64,000 nt of DNA from Octopus vulgaris (lineage: Eukaryota): contig OX597817.1 of NCBI GenBank assembly GCA_951406725.2, forward strand, positions 48,670,001 to 48,734,000, written 5' to 3'. Below, piece by piece: positions 25,568-41,432 of the stretch; within the stretch, counting starts at the first letter, position 1; every line of letters starts with the position of its first letter. The notes under the pieces are model-generated. The model was not told the DNA's origin, made no database searches, and was given only the letters and a program-made list of their open reading frames with translations. The position numbers were made by a program, and so were the translations under genes.

Positions 25568-25732
25568 TAAACTTTTGCTGAACTCATCTATCATACCCAA
25601 TACATATTCGAATACAAAATCTGATAAAACCCGGAAAGGCAATACGAATGGAGTAGAATAAAGAAAGTATATGAAAAAAAGTATATGGATCAAATCAATG
25701 CGACTGAAATTTAAGGTAAGAAAAATAAAATA

Positions 25733-25775
<43 letters not shown>

Positions 25776-26497
25776 AGGACAAAGCGATAATCAGAATAGA
25801 GTCCGTTAGAAATTCATCTCTACGATCGTTTCAAAAAACGTTGCCACAATTCGATAATGTATTATCCATTAAATAATCACAAAGGCAATGACCTTTTCGT
25901 CAGGAGAATATTCTCAAAAGTCTCACATTTTTGGTTGTCTATTAAATTCTTTATTGCCTAACCCGGCCCGAATGTGCTTTGCCTCTGCTAACTATAGAAT
26001 GAGGTGTAACCCTCGCCACTGGCATTATCCGTGTGGGAGAGGAGCACGAGTGTCAGACGGCACTCGACTTTTCAAGCTCCCAACTAGTAGATATAATAAT
26101 TTAATATTTACTTAATATTTACTGATTATTAATTGAAACAGCTGTAAGGGAAGATTATTTATTTGCTTTCAATAATAAACAATTATTAACCTACCAATCT
26201 CCCATTTCTTTTTCTTCTTCTTCTTCTTCTTCTTCTTATATATATATATATATAAATATATATATGATACCTTTATAAAAATGGATAATTTAGCTGTTCT
26301 CCGTAGACTGAAAAAAAGAACACTCTTAATCGAGTTTCTCATCTGAGGCGTCTACATCAATTTGATTAATCCCAGAGAAACAAGCAACCAATTTGTTTAT
26401 ATGCTCAATCATATATATGCATTTGTGCATATACATATATGTGTGTGTATATATATATGTGTGTATGTATTGTGTGCGTGCGTGTGTGTGTGTGTAT

Positions 26498-26964
26498 GGT
26501 TAAATTCATCTAACGATTAAAGTAAACAAAGCTTGCTTTAGAAGCGTTGAGGTGTATTGAAAGATACAGAAATAATTTATTCTGAAACGCAGGATAATGC
26601 TAATACAATAGCATGAACAGGATAAACCTATCCATATATTGCAGAAAAATTTGTCAGAATAAATTATTTCTGCATCTTTCAATACATCTTAACGCTTCTA
26701 AAGCAAACTTTGTTTACTTTCATCGTAAGTTGAAATTAATGTTAGCGTCTTATAAAGCTAGATTTATAAATCCTAAAATTGCAGAACAATTCGGCACTGG
26801 GCAGTTTAGCTTAAAGGTAAAGCACTTGACGCGTAATCACAGGGATGTGGGTTCGAGTCTTATGGCTGGCCGTTGACAAATTTTTTCTGCAATATATGGA
26901 TATTTTATCCTGTTCATGCTAATGTATTAGCATTATCCTACCTTTGAGAATAAATTATTTCTGT
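26498..26964 (+). mobile_element. 291-bp circularly permuted repeat unit with a tRNA-like module, preceded by an inverted partial copy
   Basis: AGAATAAATTATTTCTG occurs at 26656 and again at 26947. Bases 26498-26655 are the reverse complement of the unit end joined to the unit start. Confidence 0.75.
26799..26871 (+). pseudogene. tRNA-like sequence (anticodon position CGT, Thr-like), imperfect
   Basis: Acceptor GGGCAGT/GCTGGCC (one mismatch), D-arm TAGCTTAAAGGTAAAGC, T-loop GGTTCGAGTC. The anticodon arm is bulged. Confidence 0.6.
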
Positions 26965-27049
26965 GTACGTATATATATATATATATATATTCAGAATTTG
27001 TGTAAATGTGTATAGAATAATATATGAGTTGAATAAAGTTAAAACATGG

Positions 27050-27922
27050 TCTAGTTTTCACGTTCTTATTATGGTAATTTAAGACAATATAAATTTTTTC
27101 CCGATGTTGAAGTTTGATAGGCATTAAAAGGAATATTTTGTAATCTTCATAAAGTTCAATTAGCGCTTTCATACCTTCGAAGTAAGCATCAGATATCAAA
27201 ATGTTCTTCGCAGATGTAGGAAAATGACTGATTTCTTACTTTTTGTACCTCTTAGAAGGCTCCAACAATTCAAATTTTTGGAATACAGTTTTGACCAATC
27301 GGCATGCAACTTAAACGTCACGGCGAAAATCTGTCCAATTTTCTTTTTTTTGCTAATTATAGATCTACCAGTATGCGTGTATTGCCAGGTTCCACATCTA
27401 TTATCATTACACTTGGATACTGTGAATGTTTTATCCTGCTTGTTCATGTTTAACTTGCCTTTGTAAATACTTTCTTTAGGTTATGTGATTGCCTTTTGCT
27501 TAAGATAAGTGTTTGATTAGTTATTATGTTTTTTAAATTTTTCCTTTGTTTCATGATTGGCAAAATTGTTTTGATGACGTTAAAATGCTTTGGTGATGCA
27601 GATTGCGTGTTACTAGAAATGGTATTGTGTTCTGTTGATGGGTTCATCTTTCTCGAGTTGCCCTAAGTTGTTCTATAGGTGTGTCTTTTGCTTGTGGCAT
27701 GCTATTTTAAAAATTTAGAAGAGGATAATTTTGCTTGAGCAGAAACACTTTGAGTTCTATAAGTTGTATGTTCCTGGTATTTGGATCATCTACTATAGTA
27801 CAAATTTTCCTGGCTAGACAGTACGGGATGTTGTGTTTTGTGTGTGTTGCATGGCATGATTTGAAATTTAGGCACTGGTGTGTCTGTGTGTTTTTGTAAT
27901 AAATATCAGTTGTGAATGTGGT
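27050..27922 (-). pseudogene. Penelope-like element: RT thumb/linker toward the GIY-YIG domain, decayed
   Basis: TDIYYKKTQTHQCLNFKSCH..HTKHNIPYCLARKICTIV...LLKQNYP, ILSKRQSHNLKKVFTKA and KCNDNRCGT match PLE (Poseidon-type) motifs. Confidence 0.85.
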
Positions 27923-27986
27923 GTTGCAAGATCGAAACCACGATCTTGCAATCGTGGATGCAAATCTCTAACCACTAAGCCATGCA

Positions 27987-28038
<52 letters not shown>

Positions 28039-28089
28039 CTAAATAGTTACTGGATAGATTGATTCTACGTATCGCATTTGTGAATTTGA

Positions 28090-28610
28090 GTTGGTCAGTG
28101 ATTGATGAAATGGGGTAGGAATTTTACCATAAGCAATCTTCAAGTTGACGGGTGGGATTGAGGAAACTAAAAGTATCATATTACAACCTTAGCATGATCC
28201 GATAAACGTAATTCCTAAGTAGGTCTGCTGAGACACATCCCTTATATACTGGTCAAGTATTGTTAAATTCTACTAACTATTGTTAGTTCTCTCTCAATTA
28301 AAATCTCCTATAATCTATAATCCAAGCAGTGCGGAAAAGCTTTGATATGTATAGGATGGCTTTTAATTTCTCTTTGCCGATCAAATATGGTATTTATTAA
28401 TATGCATGTTGACTGCATCAAAAAATTTGGATAGATTTGTTAATATGTCCGAAGCGTACGCAAGCTGAGTAAAGAATGTATAATTCTGCATTCTTTTGTG
28501 CTTTTCTACTATTCTTTGCGACCTTATACTAAACCTATTCTGGGTGCAAACTTTGGACTTACAAAATCTTCAGGCAACGCAAAGTTTACGGCCTACATCC
28601 ATTACAATGG
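28090..28610 (-). pseudogene. Probable upstream RT fragment of the same PLE
   Basis: FDAVNMH resembles the RT motif FDVVNMYTNI. Same strand and upstream of the 27.0-27.9 kb fragment; heavily decayed. Confidence 0.4.
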
Positions 28611-28679
28611 CTTTTACTGGTCAATTTAGTTAGCCATCTTGATCCCTATAGAGTTTTTTCCTTTATGTTTGTATGTGCG

Positions 28680-28712
<33 letters not shown>

Positions 28713-28940
28713 ATGTGTGTGTATACAGACACATACACACACAACACACACATACGTATATTTACATAAACATATGTTTGTATGTTTACATTGATATATC
28801 TCTGTGTCAATATATATCAATATATGTATATATGTAAATATGTATGTGAGTATATATACTCATGCATATTTATATGCATATCAGTTTGAGTACATACATA
28901 TATATATATATATAAATATGTATATGAGTTGACTACATAC

Positions 28941-29029
<89 letters not shown>

Positions 29030-29037
29030 TATGTATG

Positions 29038-29074
<37 letters not shown>

Positions 29075-29414
29075 CTTATAAGTTACAAACAAAAGAAATT
29101 CCTATTGCGTCGCATCACGTTTCATAGATTTGAAAATAGATACCAAAAATACTAAAATAAGAATCCATAGACAGAAAGATACATAAATATTAGCTCATGC
29201 TGATTTCTTGCAAATGTTTATTTGCCTTTATTTGAGCATTTTGTTGTCCTTTATTTTTGTTTTTGCTTTCTAGTGTGACCTGTTTATGTTTGTATCTTGA
29301 TATATACTTTCAATGCAAACAGTCAATCACTCAACGAGCGTGAGTGGTTACTGCGCCGCCTGGTGGTGAACTAACTAATAAATATATAGGAATAAAAAAA
29401 ATAAAATCAACATT

Positions 29415-30457
<1,043 letters not shown>

Positions 30458-30936
30458 CAACAAAAATACTGTTTTATTCTAAGCAGTTGATATAGTATTT
30501 CTGAGTATGTGGATAATAGTGAAATAGTGACAATTTTCCTTATTAATTTCAGACATAGGTACTAGTTTTATGATATTCCGAATGTGAGGAATTTCTGTGA
30601 ATGCAAATATTTTGTCGCAGTTTAAAGTGACAAGTTTACGATGTAAACCCTAAGACACGTTAAAATGACAAACACGAACGGTTTGTAAAATCAGAACAAA
30701 TACAAATATATTTATATAAAATATCGTTTGATTATTTAGTGCTATTGGATACATGACACGAATGCAATATAACAATATATTTTACAGTACACATTAACGC
30801 TCCTTTTATTTTTGTTGTTGTTTTCGGATCGTTTTTAAAGCGGCCATTACCAAGCGCTATTCATGATCTTTGTTGATACAAAACAAAAACGAAAACAAAA
30901 AAAACTTTTATTCGACCCCTTTTTTATTTTACCTTG

Positions 30937-30937
<1 letters not shown>

Positions 30938-31004
<67 letters not shown>

Positions 31005-31092
31005 TATCATTATTAATATTCTTCTTCTTCTTCTTATTATTATTATTATTACTATTGTTATTACTATTATTATTATTATTATTATTATTGTG

Positions 31093-31176
<84 letters not shown>

Positions 31177-31213
31177 AATATTAATATCATCATCATCATC
31201 ATTATTATTATTA

Positions 31214-31248
<35 letters not shown>
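30938..31248. repeat. (ATT)n microsatellite
   Basis: Direct reading. Confidence 0.95.
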
Positions 31249-32104
31249 TAGAGTGTGGTGTGGGGAATAAACGAAATGATGAAATATATTACTGAAAACA
31301 GAGTCTCTTTCGTAAACTAAATATTTGTAAGATTCCATACTCCGGTGTGAGTATGAATTTTCAGCTTTACCTTGTTATTTTTTGACAATGTACTGAAGCG
31401 TATCTTTAACATGTTTCTCTGGTCGAGGCAAACTTACTGAATAAATCCTAAGGGTATGTGAATAATGAGGTGATATTGAAAACCAAATGATATGTATTTG
31501 CAAATGTAGATTTTAACCATAACATTCTACATTAAATCGCACTCATCAAATAAATAACCGAATGATCATATTTGAGTAATATTATAGTTACCAATTTGGT
31601 AACAGAAAAGACAAACAGGTCCAATGAGGGGACTTAGTCCACGCAATTAGCCAGTAAATAGTAGATTCAAAGCTCGAGTCCGACCAAGGAACCCGTCGAT
31701 GTTTTTCCTCCAACTGCTACTTAGAATGCTCAATATTTCACGATTAAATTCTTAGCAGTCAAATTATTCGAAATTTAATTAATGAAGATATTTCTTGTTT
31801 TAAAGAATAAAATAGGAATCTGACAAATCATAGTTCGTGTTGGACCTTAATGTAAAAAAATGCAAACTTGTTACCAGTTCAAAAAATACTTCAGGGATAT
31901 TTGAACCAGTAAGAAAGCCATTCACTGTATTTTGTCTTGAAGAAAATTTGTCGCTGGAGACAGATAGGTGTAAGTACAACGAATCAGTTCGCAGAGCCCA
32001 ATAACCGAACTGTTGACTGCATGCATTTCGGAGTGGTTATCTCTTCTTCAGCACTAGAAACTGGAAAGGCAGACGGAAAAGCAGATTGTATATAATTCAT
32101 TTTT

Positions 32105-32475
32105 CTCTTGCTTCAGGCATTTCACTGCGGCCTTGCTAGGTCACCGTCTTTAGTCGAATTTATAGGCCGTAGGACATTTTATTTGTAAGCCTAGCACATA
32201 TTTTATCGGCCTCTTTTGCCGAAACTCTAAGTTACGGTGACGTAAACACACCAGCATCGGCTGTCAAAACGATGCTAGTGGGACAAACACTGGCACACTA
32301 ACATATATATACGACGGGTTTCTTTCAGTTTCCGTCTACCCAATCCACTCATAAGACTTTGGTCGACTCGAGGCTATAGTAGAAGACACTTGCCCAAGGT
32401 GCCACGCAGTGGGACTGAATCCCGAACCATGTGGTTGGTAAGCAAGCTACTTACCACACAGCCGCTCCTGCGCCT
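32105..32475 (-). mobile_element. SINE family A
   Basis: Family motifs; head at ~32475. Confidence 0.85.
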
Positions 32476-32839
32476 GTGTAAAACGTCAAATATTTTGGTT
32501 CGGTATTTTTAAGAATAATAAAGAAAATGTTTTGCCGTGAAAGTTGAGAACGAAATTATTCGTATATTAACTTTATTCTTTACATAGTGAGTTCTTGCGT
32601 TTATTGCAGAACAAGGTGCGTTTCATGATGTTGATGTTTAATGGGAGCGTTAGCTTTGTAACTGAACCTAAATACTTATGAGAAAGTATTAAAATCGGGC
32701 TGCAAGTTCAACTCGTTTTTAGATTTTTCTTGAGCCTCAGGATTCATAAAGATGGTTACTCGGTTTCTAAGGCGTATAAGTGGCCAAGTTCACAACCTTC
32801 CTCTTGAATGGTGTACCGATCCGTTGCAGGTTTCAAGAG

Positions 32840-33015
32840 CAGAAATTTTGAGAGGAGGACCAAGTCGATTTCATCGACCCTAGTACTTGATTGGTGCCTT
32901 ATTTTAAGGCTGAAAGGAAAAGTTACTTTCGGCAGGTTCGAACCCAGAACGTAAAGAATCGGAAGAAATGCCGCTAAGCATTTTTTACGACGTGATAACG
33001 ATTCTGCCAGCTCAC
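32840..33015 (-). mobile_element. SINE family B, diverged
   Basis: GCTAAGCATTT...AACGATTCTGCCAGCTC head on the minus strand. Confidence 0.6.
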
Positions 33016-33907
33016 AGATTTAGCTTACCAGATTTCAATTATTCTGCACCAGTAGTTTTTGTTAACTTAATGTAAGTGTGAAGCATATCCCATCGTTTCA
33101 TTTCCTCTGAACTTCTAAAATGAAAACTAATCACTGATATCTAATATCATTTTTCGCCCAAAGCTTATTGTAACTTCCTTATCATTAACAAATTTCTCGC
33201 TTTCCATAGACAAGATACAGTATAGTTCGTCACGGTTTTATCATTATATACATTATGGCGCTCATAGCAGTTAAATACTAAAATCATTCCGGTGTCTGGC
33301 GCTTACAATAGTGGAAATATCACAGAACTGTCAGAGTTGCTTAAAGATAAAAGAAAATATATTCATTTATTTAGATAATTTCTAAGCCGCGATATTAATA
33401 TTGATAATTATATATTTGTATTTTGGCTTAGTGCATACTCAGCACTCAGCTCAACATCAGAATTAAGAATGTGCATAAAATTACTATTCAGTTACAATAT
33501 ATTTTATAGTTTGTAAATAATTACCAGATTTTAAAGAAAAGTTTTCTAAAAGCATATGTACTCTGTTCTCGTATATATGCCGTTTTTCTTACGCGTTCGT
33601 CTACAAGAGATATTTTCTTAGTTCTCTTTGAATTTTATCAATTTTGGATTGCCTTGATAAGGTTGTGTTAATATTTCATTTCGGATATATTAATTTGATT
33701 GTTATATTCTGTATCTAAATATCTTGATACAACAGAAATTATCGTCGGTATTATATGGTAGAATCACCAATTAAAGATGTGATTTTATCCATTCGTATTT
33801 TTGTTGCCTCATACTCTGAAAGTCTTGAAATTCTTCTGAACGATATTTACATCTATTTATTATACCTGAAGAATTACCTTAGATATTTATTCTACTTGCA
33901 TTTATTG

Positions 33908-34254
33908 GTTTCAAATTTTGGCCAGCAGCTTTGGGGCGGGGATAAGTCGATTAAATCAACCCTTGTGTTCAACTCATTTTATCGAGCGGAATTTGAACTC
34001 AACGTGAAGACGGACGAAATACCTATTTCTTTATTACCCACAAGGGGCTAAACACAGAGGGGACAAACAAGGACAGACAAACGGATTAAGTCAATTACAT
34101 CGACGTCAGTGCGTAACTGGTACTTAATTTATCGACCCCGAAAGGATGAAAGGCAAAGTCGACCTCGGCGGAATTTGAACTCAGAACGTAACGGCAGACG
34201 AAATACGGCTACGCATTTCGGCCGGCGTGCTAACGTTTCTGCCAGCTCACCGCC
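33908..34254 (-). mobile_element. SINE family B with 18-bp TSD
   Basis: TTCTACTTGCATTTATTG at 33890-33907 and 34255-34272. Confidence 0.9.
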
Positions 34255-34624
34255 TTCTACTTGCATTTATTGTTGTTTGTTGGATTAATTAATCAAGTTC
34301 GTTTAAAACTGAGTGCTTCATTGATATTTGCCTGGATTGTTTAATCCATTTCTCTTATTATATGCTTTATTATATATACGTTTTAAAAAAGGGTCTTTAC
34401 TCATTGTTAGATAAGTTTTTATCTTTCTATTCGTACTTCGTTCTAGATTTTTGTGTCTGTATATCAGCAAGTCTATCACTCAAGTTAAAAATATATTTGA
34501 TGGCGTATGGGAAAACACATCCGATGTCGTGTTTTTCCATACGCCCTTAAATATAACAACAAAGAAAAACATTATTTACATCATTTACATTTGACGGATA
34601 TTTGTCCTCATCTTATTTGTTGTT

Positions 34625-34672
34625 AATACAACGTTTGGGCTGATATAATCTCCAGCATTCATCAGCTGTCTT
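34625..34672 (-). ncRNA. Decayed minimal hammerhead (GAAA mutated to CAAA)
   Basis: GACAG-CUGAUGA-AUGCUG..CAGCC-CAAA-CGU-U-GUAUU, with a palindromic ACGU stem III typical of PLE hammerheads. Confidence 0.55.
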
Positions 34673-34918
34673 GGGGAAATTTCGAACCTGGGTTCACATT
34701 CCTAAGGTATTTTTCGATGTTGTTGTTGTATATATATATATACCGCCACTATAAAAATGATTATACACTTCCGCAAGTATATCTACAGAGTCGTTGATAT
34801 TGACAAGAGCGTTAGTCGGCGGGAAACCATCGGTAACTTTCTTACCGGTCATTGGCTATAACCATTAATATACTGTCCGACTATAATAAAACATATCCGT
34901 TCTATTTCTATTTTAGAG

Positions 34919-34977
<59 letters not shown>

Positions 34978-34992
34978 CGCGCATGTTGATCG

Positions 34993-35150
34993 TCAATTCG
35001 AAATGAACGACTTTGCCTTTCATCCTTTCGGGTTCGATAAATTAAGTACCAGTTACGCACTGGGTCGATGTAATCGACTTAATCCGTTTGTCTGTCTTTG
35101 TTTGTCCTCTCTGTGTTTAGCCCCTTGTGGGTAGTAAAGAAATAGGTATT
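34993..35150 (+). mobile_element. SINE family B, headless body
   Basis: Nin/Deu-like domain and tail. Confidence 0.8.
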
Positions 35151-36567
35151 GTAAAATGAAAACTAGTGATGTTCTCCGTTAAGATGCAAGGAAAATGTGT
35201 TGAGTTATATAAATGAATAAGAATCGTGTGCTTTGGGTAAACGTGGATTCTAATGTTTCGAACAAGCAATTCAGGAGAAGGCTCTGAAAGAAATCATTAA
35301 AATTCAACTTACAGCACAAGAATGAATCCAATCTTATGCATTTTAAATGTTTTGGTCTTGTATCTCTTAAGTCTTCATTGCATATCTAATTTAGGTGTTT
35401 CGTCATATACTTGACTAAATTATTGGTTTCTGTTTCATTTCACGGAAATAAGGTGACAATCCCGAAGGAAACCTATTTTTCACTTGCTTAATGCTACGAA
35501 ACTGAAGCTCTACACAAGTTCTTAAGAGGAACTTGGGGAGCGACCAAAGACATTTACATTTTCATTGCAATGAAAGTAAGTATTATGTGGCGTCATCTCT
35601 GACAATAGATCGTTTTAAAACGGTATTAGTTTCCTATTTAACATAATGTTTCATAATTATAATAATAATAATCTTTTCAGCGAGTCTCTTACTCGATAGC
35701 TGCATTGTAATTTCAATTTTATTTCACTTCTGTGTGTGATAGCCTTATCGACTTGTTTGTAATGTTTGAAAAAAATTAATCATGCTACATAAGAATACAG
35801 AATTCAGAGAAATCAGACAGAAATATGATACATATCTCACATTGAAGTAATAAATACGAAGATACGCTGCCTCGGAGAACTACTATATTAAATAAGTGAA
35901 ATATGTCTCGCTTCCTATATGGAAAACAAAAGTTTCCAGTGGTTGAAAGTCTGTAATAATATCAGTTATTTAAGCTATGTGTACTGAGTCGAAATCTCTT
36001 TGGTTTTGCGTTGGCATATTAACATTATGAATGAAACATGAGGGGACGTTCCTGAGGCATTGTCAGTTTCTAGATGACAAGACACGGTCACGGTAGTTCG
36101 TAAAGAGAATAACACATAAACGTAGGGTTTTATTACGGCTTATGATATACGGAATCTGACCAAATACAATGAATGGTAGCATTCTTAAATCATTTGTAAA
36201 CGAATAAAACTTCTCCGTGTCTCTATTTCAAATATTGATGTAGCAATGTATGGAGGGATCCTGTAAACATAGAAATCGAGGAACAACGATAAGGAATTGT
36301 TACACTGAATGACAAACATATGAGAAAAGATAAGTAAAAGTGAATATCATCAATATGTGAAGGCGTATGGTGTAGTGTTTGAGAATGTTCTCATGAGAAC
36401 CCTTAACCTCAATCATCAGATTGCATCATCAACCCTTGGGCACGGCCATTCGTTTTTACCTAACTCTAGTATACTCATATGTAATGAATACCAATTGACG
36501 GTTGGTTATTCCTCTATGTCAAGATTAACCAAATTTTTTTATTCATATTCACTCTAAGGAGTTTTGT

Positions 36568-36863
36568 CTGTTCTTCTCGAGCCATGCCTGGCCCATTAGG
36601 GCCGGTTTCCCCGTTTCGTTGGCGTATAGGTTCCCCACCTGGACGGGACGACGGTCCGTCGCAGATGAGCTGCAAGATGCAGGAGGAAAGAGTGAGAGAA
36701 AGTTGTGGCGAAAGAGTCAGCATAAGTTCGCCATTACCTTCTGCCGGAGCCGCGTGGAGCTTAGGTGTTTCGCTCATAAACACACACATCGCCCGGTCTG
36801 AGATTCGAACCCGCGATCCCTCGACCGCGATTCTGCTGCTCTAACCACAAAGCCATGTGCCTC
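36568..36863 (-). mobile_element. SINE family C (tRNA-Arg-like head, Meta/V-like domain)
   Basis: Minus head GAGGCACATGGCTTTGTGGTTAGAGC...TCG...GGTTCGAATC; similar to 59162-59470 and 62195-62486. Confidence 0.85.
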
Positions 36864-37062
36864 AAGGTCTTAGGAGTTAATATATACTATTTAAATTTTC
36901 TTCATATGTGAATTATTTTGGAAATTATGATGAATTATTCGAAAAGTCCCAAATGGGGATTGCTGAAAAAAAAAGCATATTTATCCTTTTCTATTCAATT
37001 GCAATCATAAATATTTTTGCTTTCTTGAAACTACAGTATCAAATGCGAATGTATATGAAATA

Positions 37063-38425
<1,363 letters not shown>

Positions 38426-38428
38426 AAG

Positions 38429-38503
<75 letters not shown>

Positions 38504-38504
38504 T

Positions 38505-38800
38505 TATTATATAGAAGGAGCTTCTACAGGACTAGAACTGTTTCATTCAAGAGAAATCTTCAGGAAGCTAGTTAACAAGAATTGTATTGGCATTTATACA
38601 TTTAGGCAGGTTTAAAGGGGTGGTGGTGGTGGGGGACATTTTGGGGGTAGGCATAGCGCAAAAATATCATACTTGGGGGAGTGGTCAAGGAGTCAGTGGT
38701 AAATTAGATAAAAGAATAAATAAAAGAATAAAAAAATATATAGAAGAATTGAGTTTTAGGTAAATAAGGAGATTCTCACTTATACCTATACACATATGTA
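38505..38800 (-). mobile_element. Hammerhead-bearing PLE-type terminal repeat, left arm of an inverted pair
   Basis: Near-identical reverse complement of 42168-42461. Confidence 0.8.
38519..38569 (-). ncRNA. Type I hammerhead ribozyme (canonical core)
   Basis: Reverse complement of 42396-42446. Confidence 0.8.
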
Positions 38801-38944
38801 TATATATATATACACACACACAGACACATATACATACACACATGCATACACACACACACACATATATACATACACACATATATCCATACATAAATCTACA
38901 TATATATATATATATATATACATATATATATGGTTATCAGTAAT

Positions 38945-39604
38945 AATAAAAGGGTGAAATTAATTAATTAGGGATAATTATCAATTACACCAAGTAGATT
39001 TCGGTATGTAAAAGCCCCGTTCGAGGAAAATTTAAGTAATACTAAGTAATTAAGGGTTTAGCAACGAATTGCCTCACCAACACACCGAATTTAGAAATAG
39101 CAGTCAAAGAGATATAGCTATTCCTTCTACTAAAAGGGGATCTCAGTAAAAACACAGCACTTAAAAGGCAAACACAGACAGGTAAGAAAGAAAGAATGAA
39201 ATGACGGCAATCCATCATGCAATTTTAAGTTACCTACGGACGTACGTTTCGAGATCAAGTTTTAGGATATCATAAGAATTAGAAAATTCTACTTTACCCA
39301 GACTTCTTCTCTCATCGGCGCAGGATACTACAATTGTGAATAAAATTGTATATTAAAATTTTATATTACAATTGTATATTAAAATTTGAGATACTAGAAT
39401 GCGTCATCTCAACTCAGTAATTATTTACAAACTATAAAATATATTATAACTGAAATAGCAGCCAAAAAAGTTTTTTAGCCATTTCCACTACTTAAAGAAA
39501 ATTTTCTCTCAGACAATGTTTACTCAAAAAAATAATGGTCCTTTTACATACTGAATACTTGGTGAAATTGATTATTAACTAATTAACTTTACCCTCAATT
39601 GTTG
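38945..39604. mobile_element. AT-rich element with imperfect inverted ends and an internal hammerhead (PLE-associated)
   Basis: The motif ATCAATT(T/A)CACCAAGTA..TC(A/G)GTATGTAAAA occurs inverted at both ends and again at ~49500-49557. Confidence 0.6.
39233..39324 (-). ncRNA. Type I hammerhead, U4C core variant, long stem II
   Basis: CCUGCG-CCGAUGA-GAGA..(53 nt)..UCUC-GAAA-CGUACG-UC-CGUAGG; palindromic stem III ACGUACGU. Confidence 0.75.
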
Positions 39605-39692
<88 letters not shown>

Positions 39693-39747
39693 GTATGTGT
39701 ATGTGTGTGTGTGTGTGTATATATATATATGTGCGTGTGTATATATA

Positions 39748-39788
<41 letters not shown>

Positions 39789-39795
39789 GTATGTG

Positions 39796-39845
<50 letters not shown>

Positions 39846-40419
39846 TGTACGCGAGTATGTCGATGTATATGTAGGTATGTAAAGTTATGTGTATGTGCAT
39901 GTATGTGTGTGTATATACAGATTGTAGATGGGTATATATATATGTGTGTGTATATATACATATATATGTGTATATATATATGTGTGTGTATATATGTATA
40001 TATGTATATATGTATATGTGGGTATGTAGAGTTATACGTATGTGCATGTGTATGTGTATGTATATATATATAAGTATGTGTATGTGTATGTATGTATATA
40101 TATGTGTGTGTGTGAGTATGTGTGTATATATATGTATGTATATATGTATATATGTGTGTATGTGTAGGTGTGTGTATATATATATATATATATATATGTA
40201 TATGTATATATGTATATATGTGTATATGTGTATATATATATATATGTATATATATGTGTATATATATATATATATGTGAATATGTGTGTGTATGTGTACA
40301 TATGTGTATATGTGTATATATGTATATATATGTATATATATATATGTGTGTGTAAGTGTGTGTATATATGTATATGTAAGTGTGTGTGTGTGTATGAGTA
40401 TGTATGTATGTTTGCACAC

Positions 40420-40473
<54 letters not shown>

Positions 40474-40643
40474 ATCTATGTGTGTGTGTATGTATATATG
40501 TATGTGTGTGTGTGTATGTGTGCATATGTATATGTATGTGTATGTATATGTATGTATATATATATGTGTATATGTATATATATATATATATGTATGTGTG
40601 TATGTGTATGTGTGTGTATGCATATGTATGTATATATGTGTGT

Positions 40644-40703
<60 letters not shown>

Positions 40704-40802
40704 ATGTATATGTATGTATGTATATATGTGTGTGTATGCGTATGTGTATATGTACATATACGTGAACGCTCGTGTGTTTATGTATATGTACATATGTGTA
40801 AG

Positions 40803-40857
<55 letters not shown>

Positions 40858-41219
40858 AAGTTTATATATATGTATCCGTCTGTATAATAGTTAACTGCAC
40901 GTATATATACTTAATATTTATTATTTATTTTTTGAGTATGCATGTATGTATATGAATAACTGCACGTATATATATTTTATTATTTATTTTTTGAGTATGC
41001 ATGTAAGTATGAACATAAGGAGGCGCGTGTGTGTGTGTGTATGTGTAAGCATATGTATAGATATATGTATACTTTTACGCATGTGTGTACTTATGTGTAT
41101 ATATGGATGCGCGCGTGTGTGTGTGTGTATGGGTACGCATGTATGTGTGTATATGTGTGTATGTGTATATGTGTATGTATGTGTGTGTGTATATATGTAT
41201 ATGTATGTATGTATATGTA

Positions 41220-41268
<49 letters not shown>

Positions 41269-41388
41269 ATATATTTGTGTATGTATGTGTGTGTGTATGC
41301 ATACGCGTATACGTATGTATATGTATACGTGTGGGTGTGTGTATGTGTATATATGTATGTATGGGTGTATGTATGTATGTATATATAC

Positions 41389-41432
<44 letters not shown>

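Noticed and set aside
36790-36863. Functional tRNA-Arg gene (also ~59400-59470 and ~22727-22795)
   Set aside because: These are SINE heads contiguous with repeated SINE bodies.
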